Assembly: GCF_006345805.1 (NCBI RefSeq)
Contig: NC_043001.1
Coordinates: 123,318,001-123,382,000, forward strand
DNA: 64,000 bases
Reading direction: 5' to 3'
Source: Octopus sinensis
Lineage: Eukaryota
Position 1 is the stretch's first letter; each line of letters opens with the position of its first letter. Below, in pieces: positions 40,770-53,966 of the stretch. The position numbers were made by a program, and so were the translations under genes. A model generated the notes under the pieces. That model saw nothing but the letters and a program-made list of their open reading frames with translations. It did no database searches and was not told where the DNA came from.

Positions 40770-41345
40770 GTTCCACAACCACTACCACTACAGCTACTAC
40801 CAACACCAGTAAAACTACAACCGCCACAATCAATGCAGTTATCACTCCTTCAACCCCCCCACACACACAACACCTCACACCACCCCACCCCACCTCACCT
40901 CCATCCTCTTCTTCCTTCTCGTCATCATCATTGTCATCACTACCAACAGTATCTACGTTACCACCACCACCACCACTACCACCACCAGTACCAACAACAC
41001 CACCATCACCGCCACTGCCTCCGCCGCCGCCGCCTCCTCGCCGCCTCGGCCGCTTCCGCCACCGCCGCCGCCTCCACTACCACCACCATTACCACCACAC
41101 CACCACCATTACCACCACACTACCACCACCACCACCACTACCACCACCGCCATTATTATTACCTTTACGCCATCACCAATATCGTCAACTCCAGCCTCGC
41201 TATCTTCACTGTCAATAATACCACCACCACCACCACCATCACCATCACCATCACCATTCTCCTTATCACGATCATCAGCAACAGCTTCAAACTCTACTAC
41301 TACAACCACCACCACCATCACCGCCGACAACAACAGCAATAACAA
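40770..41345. repeat. Degenerate (CCA)/(CCG)/(CAT) low-complexity tract
   Basis: Trinucleotide-derived; yields poly-His, poly-Pro or poly-Thr depending on frame. Confidence 0.85.
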
Positions 41346-41687
41346 TAAAAACAAGACTGACAACGATAAAAAAACAACATCACGAATATTTCGCTGTCAG
41401 GTGACGACTTGCGTAATTAAATCATAGAGTAATTAATAGATCAGGTTTGTGTGTGGATGTGTGTGTGTGCTTGTGATGAGGGTACCAATGTGTGTGCCTA
41501 TGTGAGAACAACTAACGATTCTTAAACACAGCAAGTAACGAGAGGTATGGAATGAAATTAGCATCAGAATATATACTGGTAGATTTTTAATTCTTAATCA
41601 GGTTTAATGAATAGAAAATTAATATAAGCTACTATGCTATGACTAAATAAATAAATATATATATATAAATAAATAAATATATGAATA

Positions 41688-41736
<49 letters not shown>

Positions 41737-41740
41737 TAAT

Positions 41741-41930
41741 AAAACACCAGGACTTACAAACACATATAACATACAGAAAATTGCACTACTAGGCACTGCA
41801 CACATCCTACGCAGAACACTTTCCATACAATAACCATCAGAGCATCTCAACAAATCACAGCACATACCCAAGGCACACAGAGCTGCGCTCGGTAGTGAAG
41901 TGAAAGCACACTATAAAAATAAAACTACTG
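41741..41930 (+). mobile_element. 3' end of an R4/Dong-like (RLE) non-LTR retrotransposon
   Basis: KTPGLTNTYNIQKIALLGTAHILRRTLSIQ* (stop 41831-41833) matches the IQK..LLGTA.ILR C-terminus of RLE-clade elements; about 100 nt of 3' UTR, then (AAT)n. Confidence 0.8.
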
Positions 41931-41958
41931 AATAATAATAATGATAATAATAATAATA

Positions 41959-42004
<46 letters not shown>

Positions 42005-42007
<3 letters not shown>

Positions 42008-43180
42008 GGTCTATTAAAGGTCTATTAAGGCAACGAACTCAGCACCTGAACAACTCTGGACCCCTATAACAACTGAAGAGATCACCCAGGCACTGCAAAA
42101 ACTAAGCAACTGAAAGGCACCCGGGCACGATAAGGTTCCCAACATCTGGTTCAAATATCTGACAGGAACACACAAAAAGCTGTCTGAGAAATTCAGTGAC
42201 ATACTAGCAGAGCCAGAGACAATGCCTGAATGGCCCACGGAAGGGAAAACTATCCTATTTCCCAAATCCACTGAAACGGCGGACCCACAAAATTACAGAC
42301 TAATTACTTGTCTTCCTACAATTTATAAAACCTTTACTGCAATAATATTGCAGAGAATGAGTAAACATCTGGAAGAAAACAACCTGTTTCCAGAAGAGCA
42401 GAAGGGATGCTGCAAGGGCTCATACGGCTGTAAAGATCAACTAATGATCAATAAAGCCATAACTGAAAATAGCTGCAGAAAGAAGAAAGGTCTAAGTATG
42501 GCCTGGATAGATTACCGAAAGACTTTTGATAGTATTCACCACGCATGGATCCTAGAAACACTAGCCACGAACAAGGTAGCGCCAATAATCATAAAATATA
42601 TACAATACTCTATAAATAAATGGGAGACAGTGCTACAGCTCCAAACAAAAGCGGGATTCATAATAACCAAAGCCATCCCCATTAGAAGAGGAACATTCCA
42701 GAGAGACACAATCTCTCCACTCCTTTTCTGCTTGGCACTGATACCTTTATTTGACATGCTAAACAGAACTGGATGCGGATACAACTGTTACAGCAAAACA
42801 ATCAGCCACCTCTAATATATGGATGACCTAAAACTGTACGCTACAAATGATAAACAGCTGGAAACATTACTACAGACAGTACATGGATTTACCGAAGAAA
42901 TAAATATGAAATTTGGATTAGAAAAATGTGCCAAAGCAACTTTGAAAAGTGGAAAGCTAGTTAAGAGTAATAACATCACACTTGATAAAGCAAATGAAAT
43001 AAGAGAATTAGACGAAAGCCAGACACTGATATTTAGGAATCAATGAACTAGATACGATACAACACACAAATGAAAGAGAAAATAAAAAAAAGAATACTGT
43101 AGACGAGTTAGATTAATACTGAAAACAGAGCTCAATATATAAAACGATAAGAAATATGAGCACTTTAGCCGTCCCAGTTA
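42005..43180 (+). pseudogene. R4/Dong-like reverse transcriptase, 5'- and 3'-truncated, inactivated
   Basis: N*KAPG..., NYRLITCLPTIYK, EEQKGC, WIDYRKTFDSIHH, RGTFQRDTISPLLF, HL*YMDDLKL and KFGLEKCA motifs; two in-frame stops, then frameshifts. Confidence 0.92.
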
Positions 43181-43213
43181 ATTGTATCGGTATGTCGATA
43201 GATTGATAGATAC

Positions 43214-44545
43214 CACTGGTCAACAAAAAATGATTTTGCATGCAAAATTCAAAAATAATATCAAATTATCTGTATCACCCACAGTTTCTCTGTGTCACGA
43301 CATCCCTCTCAATCCCTGTTACGCTGTTGAAATGTGAAGGTAACGGTTTACGAAATACTCCTAAATATTTATGAATAGAATTAACCGAACGAAATCATAA
43401 ATCTAGCTATCTGAGTTAATGAGTCACCAAAGCTTGGCAACACCGAGTCGATGAGTCACCGATGCTTTATCAGTACTTTGCTTGAATTGGAGGCGTGCGG
43501 TTGTGTACTAAGTTCACATATTCCATTCATCTTCATAATGCCAAGAAACTGTATAAACATTGCAAACAATTTTTGTTATGTTTGCAGTGACTTAACATTC
43601 AAGTCACAAATACGGCGTTGATTAAAAGCTGCTATGAGCATTATTTTGACTGCAAAGTGGGTGACCAGGATAAAAGCTGGGCCCTTCACATGTATTGTGT
43701 AACCTGTGTCAGGCTTCTCACTGCATAGGCCGAAGGTTCACGCCATATGCCTTTTGCCATCCATATGATTTGGAGAGAGCATAAAAGATTACTACTTCTG
43801 TATGATGAATATACAAGTTGTAACATCAAAATCCAAGCATACTGTACAATATCCTAATTTTCAATGTGCTATGAGATCAGTACTTCCCAGTCAACACTTA
43901 TCTGTACCTAACCCTCCAAAACAAATGATACTTAGTGACAACGAGTCAAGTGATGAAGGTGTGGACAAAGGAACAGAAGTCATGGACTTTGAGCCTAACT
44001 GTTTTTCAAGTGAACCGCATTTGTTGAGTCAGGGAGATCTGAATGATTTTGCGCGGGATTTAAACTTGTCGAAAAGCAAGCTGAACTTCTTGGTTTCAGG
44101 TTAAAGGGCTGGAATCTTCTCCAGAAAGAAATAAAAGTTAATTTTTATCGTACTCGGCATTGTGATATTGCAATTTTTTTCTCACTCGAGGATGGTATAG
44201 TGTTTTGTAATGATGTATATTCTGTTATCGAGGATCTTAACCACAACTATTGCACGAATGAGTGCTGTTTGTTTACTGACTCCTCAAAAGTGGTCTTGAA
44301 AGTAGTTTTACTCCATAATGGAAATATGCTTCCTTCTGTTCCTCTGGCCTATGCAGCTAACATGAAGGAAGCATATGAGAATATGAAGCTTCTGTTGCAA
44401 AATATTAAGTATGAGGAACATTAGTGGAATATTTGTGGTGACCTAAAGTTTGTGGCACTTTTACTTGGAATGCAGCTGGGTAAAACCAAGTTCTGTTGCT
44501 TTCTCTGTGAGTGGGACAATCGGGATAAGTAAAACTATTATGTAC
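43214..44545 (+). mobile_element. Chapaev3-like (CMC) DNA transposon, 5' end plus disrupted transposase
   Basis: Starts CACTGGTCAAC; ATG at 43538; MPRNC..NFCYVC, CKVGDQDKSW..H.CC..C, MPFA..MIWRE, QGDLND..RDL.LSK, LHNGN..PSVP.A, WNICGDLK...LLG.QLG.TK.CCFLCEWD motifs; multiple stops and frameshifts. The family name is from memory. Confidence 0.8.
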
Positions 44546-44780
44546 ATACATACATACACATACATACATACATACATACATACATACATACATACATACA
44601 GATATGCATACAAGTATACGTACACGCACCCACACGCACATATATACACGTAAGAAGGGTAATATAGATAAATGGATGGTTAGGTAAATAGATAGAAACG
44701 GGAAGGTACACATATAGAAAATATGAGGTAATACGATAGAAATGAAAGATTTCTGAAGAAATACACATCACATACGTACA

Positions 44781-44870
<90 letters not shown>

Positions 44871-45757
44871 CCTATATTGTATAGACGAATAAAAGATATA
44901 TTATATATATATATACATACACACACATATATTATATATATATACATACACACACGCACATACCCATTAATTAGAAACAATAAGTTGCGCAAGATCAATA
45001 ACTAGAGAGGAGAGATAGATATGTGAATCGATTATTGATCTTCGACTCCCTTGATCTATCTATCCCTATTAACCAATTAATTACTAAATAAATCAATCAG
45101 CTAATCTATTTAGTACATATACGTATGAATCTGTCTGTGTATATATGTGCGTATATTTGTGTGTATATGTATGTCTATGTATGGACGTGCGAGTGTGTCT
45201 ATGCATATGTGTGTATGTATATACGCGTATGCATTGGGTGTATGTATGTATATGTGATTTATCTTGGGAGAGTTTAAGTCTTCACGAAACTGATGTTGGT
45301 CACCCACAAAGTCGAGGAGCACTTTTGACTGATCACAGAAGATTAGTTTGGTATTAGATTGTCGGACACGAGGACATGCATTATCTGTTCAAATCTATCG
45401 GATGTCGACCTGGCTACTCATTCCCGTTGGTATCGATAATTGAAGTACCAGTCAATTTTCCTCTTTCTCTTTGAATTAATTACATTGCAGGGGCTAAAGA
45501 AAAATCATCTATTTCACATGTTCATTTGGAGCTGGTTTCAATTGCGGGCAAGCGGAGAAAATTTGAATATTCAGAGAATTTATCTTGGAAGCTATTTACT
45601 ATACCTTTGATTTTGTATATTGTTTAAATACGCCAGTAGCGAATTCGAGTTATCTCCGATTGCTCTGATTACATACATACATACATACATATATACATAC
45701 ATACATACATACATACATACATACATACATACATGCATGCATGCATGCATGCATGCA

Positions 45758-45789
<32 letters not shown>

Positions 45790-45964
45790 CATACATACAT
45801 ATACATACATACATACATAAATACATGCATGCATGCATGCATACATACATGCATACATAATACATACATGCATACATACGTATATACATACATATAGAAA
45901 CAAAAATAATCTGTTGTTGATATTGAAATTCCAATGAAGGAGCTTTGGATCTAGGTTGGAAACT

Positions 45965-46136
45965 GGTCCTTTCTCTATTGACAAGAAATCTTGAAATAAA
46001 CTGAATAATGACATACATACTTGTATGTTCATTATATATATATATATATATATTCAGGAGTTCATATATATATATACAAGTATGTATGTCATTTATTCAG
46101 TTTATTTCAAGATTTCTTGTCAATACAGAAAGGACC
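45965..46136. repeat. 62/63-bp inverted repeat with a TA-rich loop
   Basis: 45965-46026 versus 46074-46136, one mismatch and one indel. Confidence 0.92.
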
Positions 46137-46396
46137 GGCTCTATATATTCTCAACCAAAACTGTCCGATGAACGGGAACGTGAAACTGAGTAACAGTTTT
46201 TGTGATGTCTCTGCAACTTTTATTAATAAAGCATATTACTCTGCTTCCGGTATTCGAGTACTATTTGTTCCACCTTGTGCAGAGAGGAGGGTACATCATT
46301 TTTCGTATACGACGCTCACACATCACACACACACATACATATTTACATATGAGTTTGTGTGTACATCTGTTTGTGTGTAGGGAATGTGTATGTATG

Positions 46397-46438
<42 letters not shown>

Positions 46439-46482
46439 ATAACACGCTCTAGACACACACATACACACGCACGCACTTCCTC

Positions 46483-46570
46483 ACTCACTCACTCACTCAC
46501 TCACTCACTCACTCACTCACTCACTCACTCACTCACTCACTCACTCACTCACCCACTCACTCACTCACAC
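46483..46570. repeat. (CTCA)n
   Basis: Direct reading. Confidence 0.95.
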
Positions 46571-47320
46571 ACACAGTACATGTCCTCTAAAGTCTAACTG
46601 AGAGTGTATATATGTGAATGCAAACTTGTGAGTAGCGTGTTCGTACATAGATAAGTAAGTTGGTAATTAGATGTATAAATATTTAATAGGCAGTTGTGTA
46701 GCCGAAGTATCAGTAGACAGGTCGATAGGCAGCAGGTGAATGAATAAATAAATGCAAAGATAGACAAACAAACTGATGGATACGTAGATCATATATAAAC
46801 AGATAAACAAATGGATCGATATACTCAACCATATGGACACACACGCTTATATACGCACTCACCACACAAATATCATACACGGCAAATGTGAATCATTTTC
46901 ATCGTAGATACATCGCTGGGAGATATGCTACTGTCGTTCTTTTGTCGAACGGAAACTCTCTTTGTAGACAGGTCGTGTTAAAAATACAATATATATCGGG
47001 ACGAGACGGATATCTATCAACCAGTGACTCACGGGAACGTCAAATGCGTTTTGCCATTATTGTGGGGTTTGTCAATGATGTGTACTCTTTAGTCAGATGC
47101 CTAGATGAAATCTGTCACATCTGATAAGGAGCAACCATTGAATAATACATGGGTATTGCAGAAAGCTTGCCGGAGTAAACTCGTTGTACGCATTATTTTA
47201 TAAACGCCATCTGAGTGATCAAAGTTAACGTATGTACACAACTAAGAGGCATGATGCCACGGTTTTAGTTTGAGAGAAAATTTCTTCATAGACACGTTGT
47301 GTTACAAACAATATTATATC

Positions 47321-47498
47321 TATTTCGTTACTACCCACAAGGGGCTAAACACAGAGAGGACAAACAAGGACAGACAAAGGGGTTAAGTCGATTATATCGA
47401 CCCCAGTGCATAACTGGTACTTAATTTATCGACCCCGAAAGGATGAAAGGCAAAGTCGACCTTGGCGGAATTTGAACTCAGAACGTAGCGGCAGACGA
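47321..47498 (-). mobile_element. Headless family A SINE unit with 11-bp TSD
   Basis: AATATTATATC at 47310-47320 and 47499-47509; the body equals one array unit. Confidence 0.9.
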
Positions 47499-48536
47499 AA
47501 TATTATATCGGAGCTAGACGGACACCATCCCTGTAGTGGCTCACGGGAAAACCGGACGCGTTTTACACTTCGCCGTTCTTGTGAGTCGCTGCTGGGAGGA
47601 AATTCATCTCGATCCAATATATATTGTGTTCTTAACAAAACGTGTCAATTAAAAGCTTTCTCTCGGACAACAGTCGCCGAATTGTGCCTGCCAATGATAT
47701 TTTACGTTGATCATAATATACCGATTGTTTATGATGTACTGCAGCATCAGTTGCATCCATTGAATATATATATAAATATGCGTGTGTGTATGTGTATGCA
47801 TAGACATACATATATGCATATACATATATGCATACATTTATATACATACATATACACACAGGTATACGCACTCACTCACACACATACGTGCACACACACA
47901 CACATACACATACATACACACATGTACACATCCTAAAATCTAGAGAGAAATAGTGCAAAAAAAAAAGGACAGATAAGAAAGGACTATTTGTAGAAGAAAG
48001 AGAAGACAAACGTCTGCAAATTACAAGAAGAATTCAAGATGAAAGAAGTTCAGCAGATTGATTGGTGAATTGAACTATTTTGATATTGACAACTGAAAGA
48101 CTGTTAGACTCAGCATCTGCATAAAAAAAACAACAACAAGAGCAATAAATAAGTAAATAAATAATGGAAGTTTCTTTTATATCTAACAATTCAAAATTTA
48201 CCAGAGTCCAACTGATAGAAATTGTTTCCATACAATGCAATAGGAAAGGATTGTCACTGATTTTTTTTTATGTTTCGACATGTTACATGGAAGATGGAGT
48301 TGCAAGCTAAGTACGGGCTTAGTGTTATTGACTTATTCCCACTACACAAAATTGTACCAAAAGTAGGAACAGTTATTACGGCAATCTTCAAAGCGGTGGA
48401 GTGAGTTAAGGGCAATGGCATGGCAGAATCGTTAGAGTGCCGGCGGGGTGGAGCTAAGGCTTTGTGGTATTTATTATGGCTCTTTATGTTCTCAGATCAA
48501 ATTCCATCAAAATCAGCTTAACCTTTCATCATAATT

Positions 48537-49046
48537 TGTGACCCCCTTCGGTCATGAATGACCATGGGATTGCACCTAGAAAGTTACCCTCCGAGGCACA
48601 AGTCTGGGCAAGGTTGTTTATGGAAGACCAGCAGTCGCCACACATACCAGCCTCCTCTCTCCACGCCACGGATGTTATCCAAGGGAAAAGTAAAGGCCGA
48701 TACAGCTTGGCACCTGTGACGTCGCAGCTCATTTATAAACGTGCAAGTGGTTGAGCACTCCACAAACACGTGTACCCTTAACGTAGTTCTCCGGGAGATT
48801 CAGCGTGACACAGAGTGTGACAAGGCTGGCCCTTTGAAATACAGGTCCAACATAAACTGGAAGAAAGAGTGAGAGAAAGTTGTGGTGAAAGAGTACAGCA
48901 GAGTTCATCACCACTCTCTGCGGGAGCCTCGACTAGCTTTAGGTGTTTTCGTTCAATAAACACTCACAATGGCCGGTCTGGGAATCGAGACCGCGATCCT
49001 ACGACCGCGAGTTCGCTGTCCTAACCACTGGGCCATTCCGCCGCCA
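48537..49046 (-). mobile_element. Chimeric SINE (head H2 + partial T1 + tail T2) with 7-bp TSD
   Basis: 49046-48740 matches 6329-6630; 48735-48540 matches 62485-62675; CATAATT at 48530-48536 and 49047-49053. Confidence 0.88.
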
Positions 49047-50565
49047 CATAATTATTGGACACAAATATTACTGTTATATTCTAAGTTCATATCACGGTGA
49101 TTGGAATAGTCTTTAGAACATCAAATAGAATGGCTTTCATTATACACACTAGTTCTCTGCACTCTGAGTGCAAATTCTGCCGAAGCAGAGCTTAACTTTA
49201 CTTCCCTTCGATGACAATGACAATAAATGATGTTATGACCATCCAGTCTTGATAAGTACATTAAGGGCTAAGTTATTGAATGTATATGAGCTCAAATTCA
49301 ACTTTATATTTCATCCCTTCGCGGTAGATAAATAACGTATCAAATCAAATACTAGGGTAGGGTAGTCAACTTGTCACCCCTGTCTATCACAGACTCGCCT
49401 ACCGAAAAAAAAACAAATTAACGTGATAATGCCATTAATCGTTTCTCCGTCACACTGTGATCACGACAAGCAAGGAAGAATATAACGTCAAGAAATACTA
49501 TACGTCAAGAAATATGAAAAGTAAATAAAGCAGGTTGTGTGTGTTCTAACATGGATAACATGTTTTCTTCTTCATAATGTATACGCAGGAAGACAGAGAG
49601 AGAAAGAGACAAATAAAAGAGAGAGAGAGAGAGAGATAGAGAGAGGAAAAAAGGGGGAGATAAAGAGATACTTAGATTGATAGATAGATAGAGGGAACTA
49701 CTTGCATGCACATACAAAAATAATTAATTTTTACTTTTTGCATATTATTGTTCCGCCATTTTGCCACCAAGCTTTCCTTAGCTTTGGTTGACATCAGGAT
49801 TCTTAACCACTAATTATTTTCCATAAATTCTCATTTCCCATCCGCCTTCTTTTTATACGCCGTCACGATCATAACATTCTTCGTTCTTAGTCTCTTTTAC
49901 ACCATCAGGATCTTTACTTTCAGGATTAAAACAGAAAAAGGAAACCAAGCAAATAACAACTACAACAGGCATTCACCCTTTCACCGTTTGAAAGTCAATT
50001 GTCAATTTTCGATGGTAGCTTGTAAATCTTAAAGTTGGAGTTGCACAGCTATCGGTTTTGTATTTCTCTTTTCCATTTGCTTTATTTCTTGCCTTAACCA
50101 CCGGGAAACGTGTAAGCTAAGAAACTATGATAAATATTCGGAAATATATTACAATTATAGTTTAATCGAATCTATTTAGAGTCATGCAAGACTTTATGCA
50201 AAGACGTTGATATCAATCATTTCGGATTTCTTTCCCCATTGCGGTTTATCCCTTTCGACATATTCAATGCATAGTAGTTTTACTTCTTATCGGCCGAAAT
50301 AATCGTCTGCATCTGTTGAAATTTTAAAGACGATAGGGAATTAGCTAAGGCAGATTTGGCAGCTGAAGCAGCAGTTCTAGCAAGTTTGTACAAGTTTCCG
50401 CGTTGCATCATTAATACTAATACTCACAGAGAAATACTTGACAACCATTAGTGAGGTGGCATTATAACCACTGATAAAATACTACGTGCGATAACATTGT
50501 TACTAGTGACATATGCACAGAGAATGGTAACAGGTAGCAATGAGATAACTTCGTCGTCATTACAG

Positions 50566-50596
<31 letters not shown>

Positions 50597-50682
50597 TGTA
50601 TGTATGTATGTATGTATGTATGTATGTATGTATATGTATATATGTATATATGTATACATATATATATATATGTAGATGTATG

Positions 50683-50715
<33 letters not shown>

Positions 50716-50717
<2 letters not shown>

Positions 50718-51101
50718 TCTTTTACTCTTTTACTTGTTTCAGTCATTTGACTGCGGCCATGCTGGAGCACCGCCTTTAATCGAGCAACTCGACCCCGGGA
50801 CTTATTCTTTTTGTAAGCCCAGTACTTATTCTATCGGGCTCTTTTGCCGAACCGCTAAGTAACGGGGACATAAACACACCAGCATCGGTTGTCAAGCAAT
50901 GCTAGGAGGACAAACACAGACACACAAACACACATATATATATATATACATATATACGACAAGCTTCTTTCAGTTTCTGTCTACCAAATCCACCCGCAAG
51001 GCATTGGTTGGCCCGAGGCTATAGCAGAAGACACTTGCCCAGATGCCACGCAGTGGGACTGAACCCAGAACCATGTGGTTGGTTAGCAAGCTACTTACCA
51101 C
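50716..51101 (-). mobile_element. Family C SINE
   Basis: Colinear with 5422-5843. Confidence 0.9.
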
Positions 51102-51174
51102 GTGTGTGTATGTGTATATATATATGTATATACACATATAGATAGAAATGTTAACAGTGTGTGAAAGTGACATT

Positions 51175-51184
51175 GCTGCTGCTG

Positions 51185-51252
<68 letters not shown>

Positions 51253-51283
51253 GCTGCCACTGCTGCTGCTGCTGCTGCTACTG
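51175..51283. repeat. (CTG)-(CTA)n-(CTG) compound
   Basis: Direct reading. Confidence 0.95.
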
Positions 51284-51998
51284 GTGCGATTACTAATGCA
51301 TATATGTAAGGAAATGAAATACTATATTGTGTTAACATAAGTAATGCTATACATTGTAGTATTACATATGGTAAACTACATATTAAACGAAAGCAAAGAA
51401 CAGTAGCTAACTTGTCATGAGCGAGTGGAAAATTCAACATTCCGAATGTTTTTCCTCTACTAAGGTAACTGTACTATTGATATAGAAATAATTCTTCTTC
51501 TTTCTGATGAATTGCCAAACGTCCGAAACGTCAGATGTTTTTACTCTTCACTAAAAACTCACGGTTATTTATTTACGGACATTTATCGAGTAATTTTTGA
51601 AGAGGTAAACCATCATCATGTCACAGGCTTCTTTGGGTTCTGGATCTTATCTTAACTCCACCTGTATAGTCGGCGTTTATGAGCCTCTAGGGCGATATCT
51701 AATTGGATAGCTAGATCATTTGTAATTAATCAATACTTGGAAAATATCAAGTGGCTTTTGGCAAGTTTCGGTGGATATCTACTGTTTATTATTGGATCAT
51801 AACCACTCTGCTGGCTATGGAAAATCAACAAGGACACAAGGAGTTTGTATCTAACCGATTTTTATTTGGCAAATAGCTTTCATGTAATAAAAGTTTAAGA
51901 ACCTGGTTCAATGAGAATGAACACGAAAAAGAAAGAAATAGATTGAGAAATATATATAATGGAGATAAAAGGGAAGAAGGATATTTGTGTGTGTGTGA

Positions 51999-52032
<34 letters not shown>

Positions 52033-52486
52033 TAGAGAGAAAGAGAAAGAGAGAAAGTTAAAGGAAAAAGCTGACGTTGTAGAAGAATGGTTGAAAGATG
52101 AGAGATATAAAGAGACAAAGACAGAGTATAAGAAAAAGAGATAGAGGTTGAGAGAAAGAATGAAAGAGAGACAGGGAGAAAGAGAGAAAACGAAAAATAA
52201 AGAAAGAAATGAAGAAAGAGAGAGAGAGAAAAGAGTTTATGACTTTGGGACCATTCCACTTCTTTGTTTCACACATTTTGTCTTTTGGTTTTGTGGTTTT
52301 TTTCCTCTCCAGAAACAAAAACAAACCAACAAAAAAATTTGCCAATGACATAGAAAGATAAAACAAGAACAAGAACGAGTTAAATTTAATTATCAATAAG
52401 TACGAGTAATTTAATTAATTACTGCAATACAAGGTGTGTTCGCATCAAAAGAAACGCCATCATCATCATCATCGTCGTCATCGTCG

Positions 52487-52518
<32 letters not shown>

Positions 52519-52864
52519 GCACCACCATCATCAAAATCATCAGGTGATAGAATCGTTAAAGCGTTGAGGAAAAATTGCTTTAAAGTATTTTATTAGTTCG
52601 GAATCTTTAAGGTCTGAGTTCAAATCCTGCCGAGCTCATCTTCGCGTTTTATCCTTCCGAGGCCAGCGGCATGAAGCCCCCACTCGTTTAATGAAGGTAC
52701 TTTAATTAAATACCCCTGTCAGTATTTCTCACCTTGCACTTATGCTAGAAATAATTATAAATATTCTTCCTCTGGGGATCAGTACAATTAAAGAGCCAAT
52801 TATGGACTGGAGTTGATGCAAACGAATCACTGGCTTTATACCAAAACTTGAAACCTATTTAATA

Positions 52865-53065
52865 GCAGTAAGCTGGCAGATCCATTAGTGCGTCGGGAAA
52901 AAATACTTTGCACTATTTCTTCTTATATTTTACATTCTGAATTCAGATACCACCAAGGTCAATCAGCTGTGCCTTTCATCCATTCGGAGGTCGATAAAAC
53001 AAATGACCAGTAGTCATAAGTAGTCGACTTACCCTCAAAATTGCTTACGTTGTGCCTATATTAGA

Positions 53066-53119
<54 letters not shown>

Positions 53120-53120
53120 G
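52865..53120 (+). mobile_element. Diverged family A SINE with (ATT)n tail
   Basis: AAGCTGGCAGA head, GCCTTTCATCCATTCGGAGGTCGATAAAA core, GTTGTGCCTATATTAGAA then (ATT)n. Confidence 0.75.
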
Positions 53121-53928
53121 AGTGAGAGAGCAGTGCATGCCATAAAAGTGACACCGAGGTAAAATATACGAAGCCCAGTATACCCATCATAACTACCCGT
53201 CTGATAAGGATACACCATGCACAACTATATGTACGCGACATGGTGATCACATATCAAGATAAACAGAACAGTAGCGAAATATCTTTACGTAATATAACAC
53301 AGGCATTAAAATTGATAGGTCTTTTTTCTAAACATGTGGACATTGTCAGCACAATCTTTTGGATTTCTCTGAGACATGGTTCTCCTGGGATATAATCTAG
53401 ATGTTTTTAACATTCCTTTCTTATCATACTTAGGGCACCCACAATAACAGGAGTAGTTCTTGCTTTAAGATGCCACATCATTTGTATTTCAGTTCCAGGT
53501 CATTATATATACTTAATTTGTCAAGTTCATTTACAGGTAAATTTTTATCAGTGGGAACAGAGTGCTGGGAAAAGCAATTCTCTCTTCCAGACTGCACGGT
53601 TTCTCACGAGATCCTCAAAAGTTTCTTCCCTTATACAGAAACTCACACATGGCTACGTTACGAGATGTCGTAAGAATTTAGAAACGTGGAGAGATTATGA
53701 AAAAATTCTTTTTTTGGATCGGTTAAGATCACAGAAGGAAAGCTATGAATAATAAAATAATATAAATAGTAATGCATAAAAAATTTAGTGAAAAACATTT
53801 TGAAGAAAAACAGTTAAAGGCTTTTCCACTCTGTTATTTATAACTTTTCTGCTTCACTTTAAATCGTTCCAAACAAAAACTTATAACACACACACACACA
53901 CACACACAGACACACACACACACACACA

Positions 53929-53966
<38 letters not shown>

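Noticed and set aside
40725-41342. 205-aa His/Pro/Ala-rich ORF resembling a transcription-factor low-complexity region
   Set aside because: Degenerate trinucleotide tract with overlapping long ORFs on both strands; no domain or splice support.
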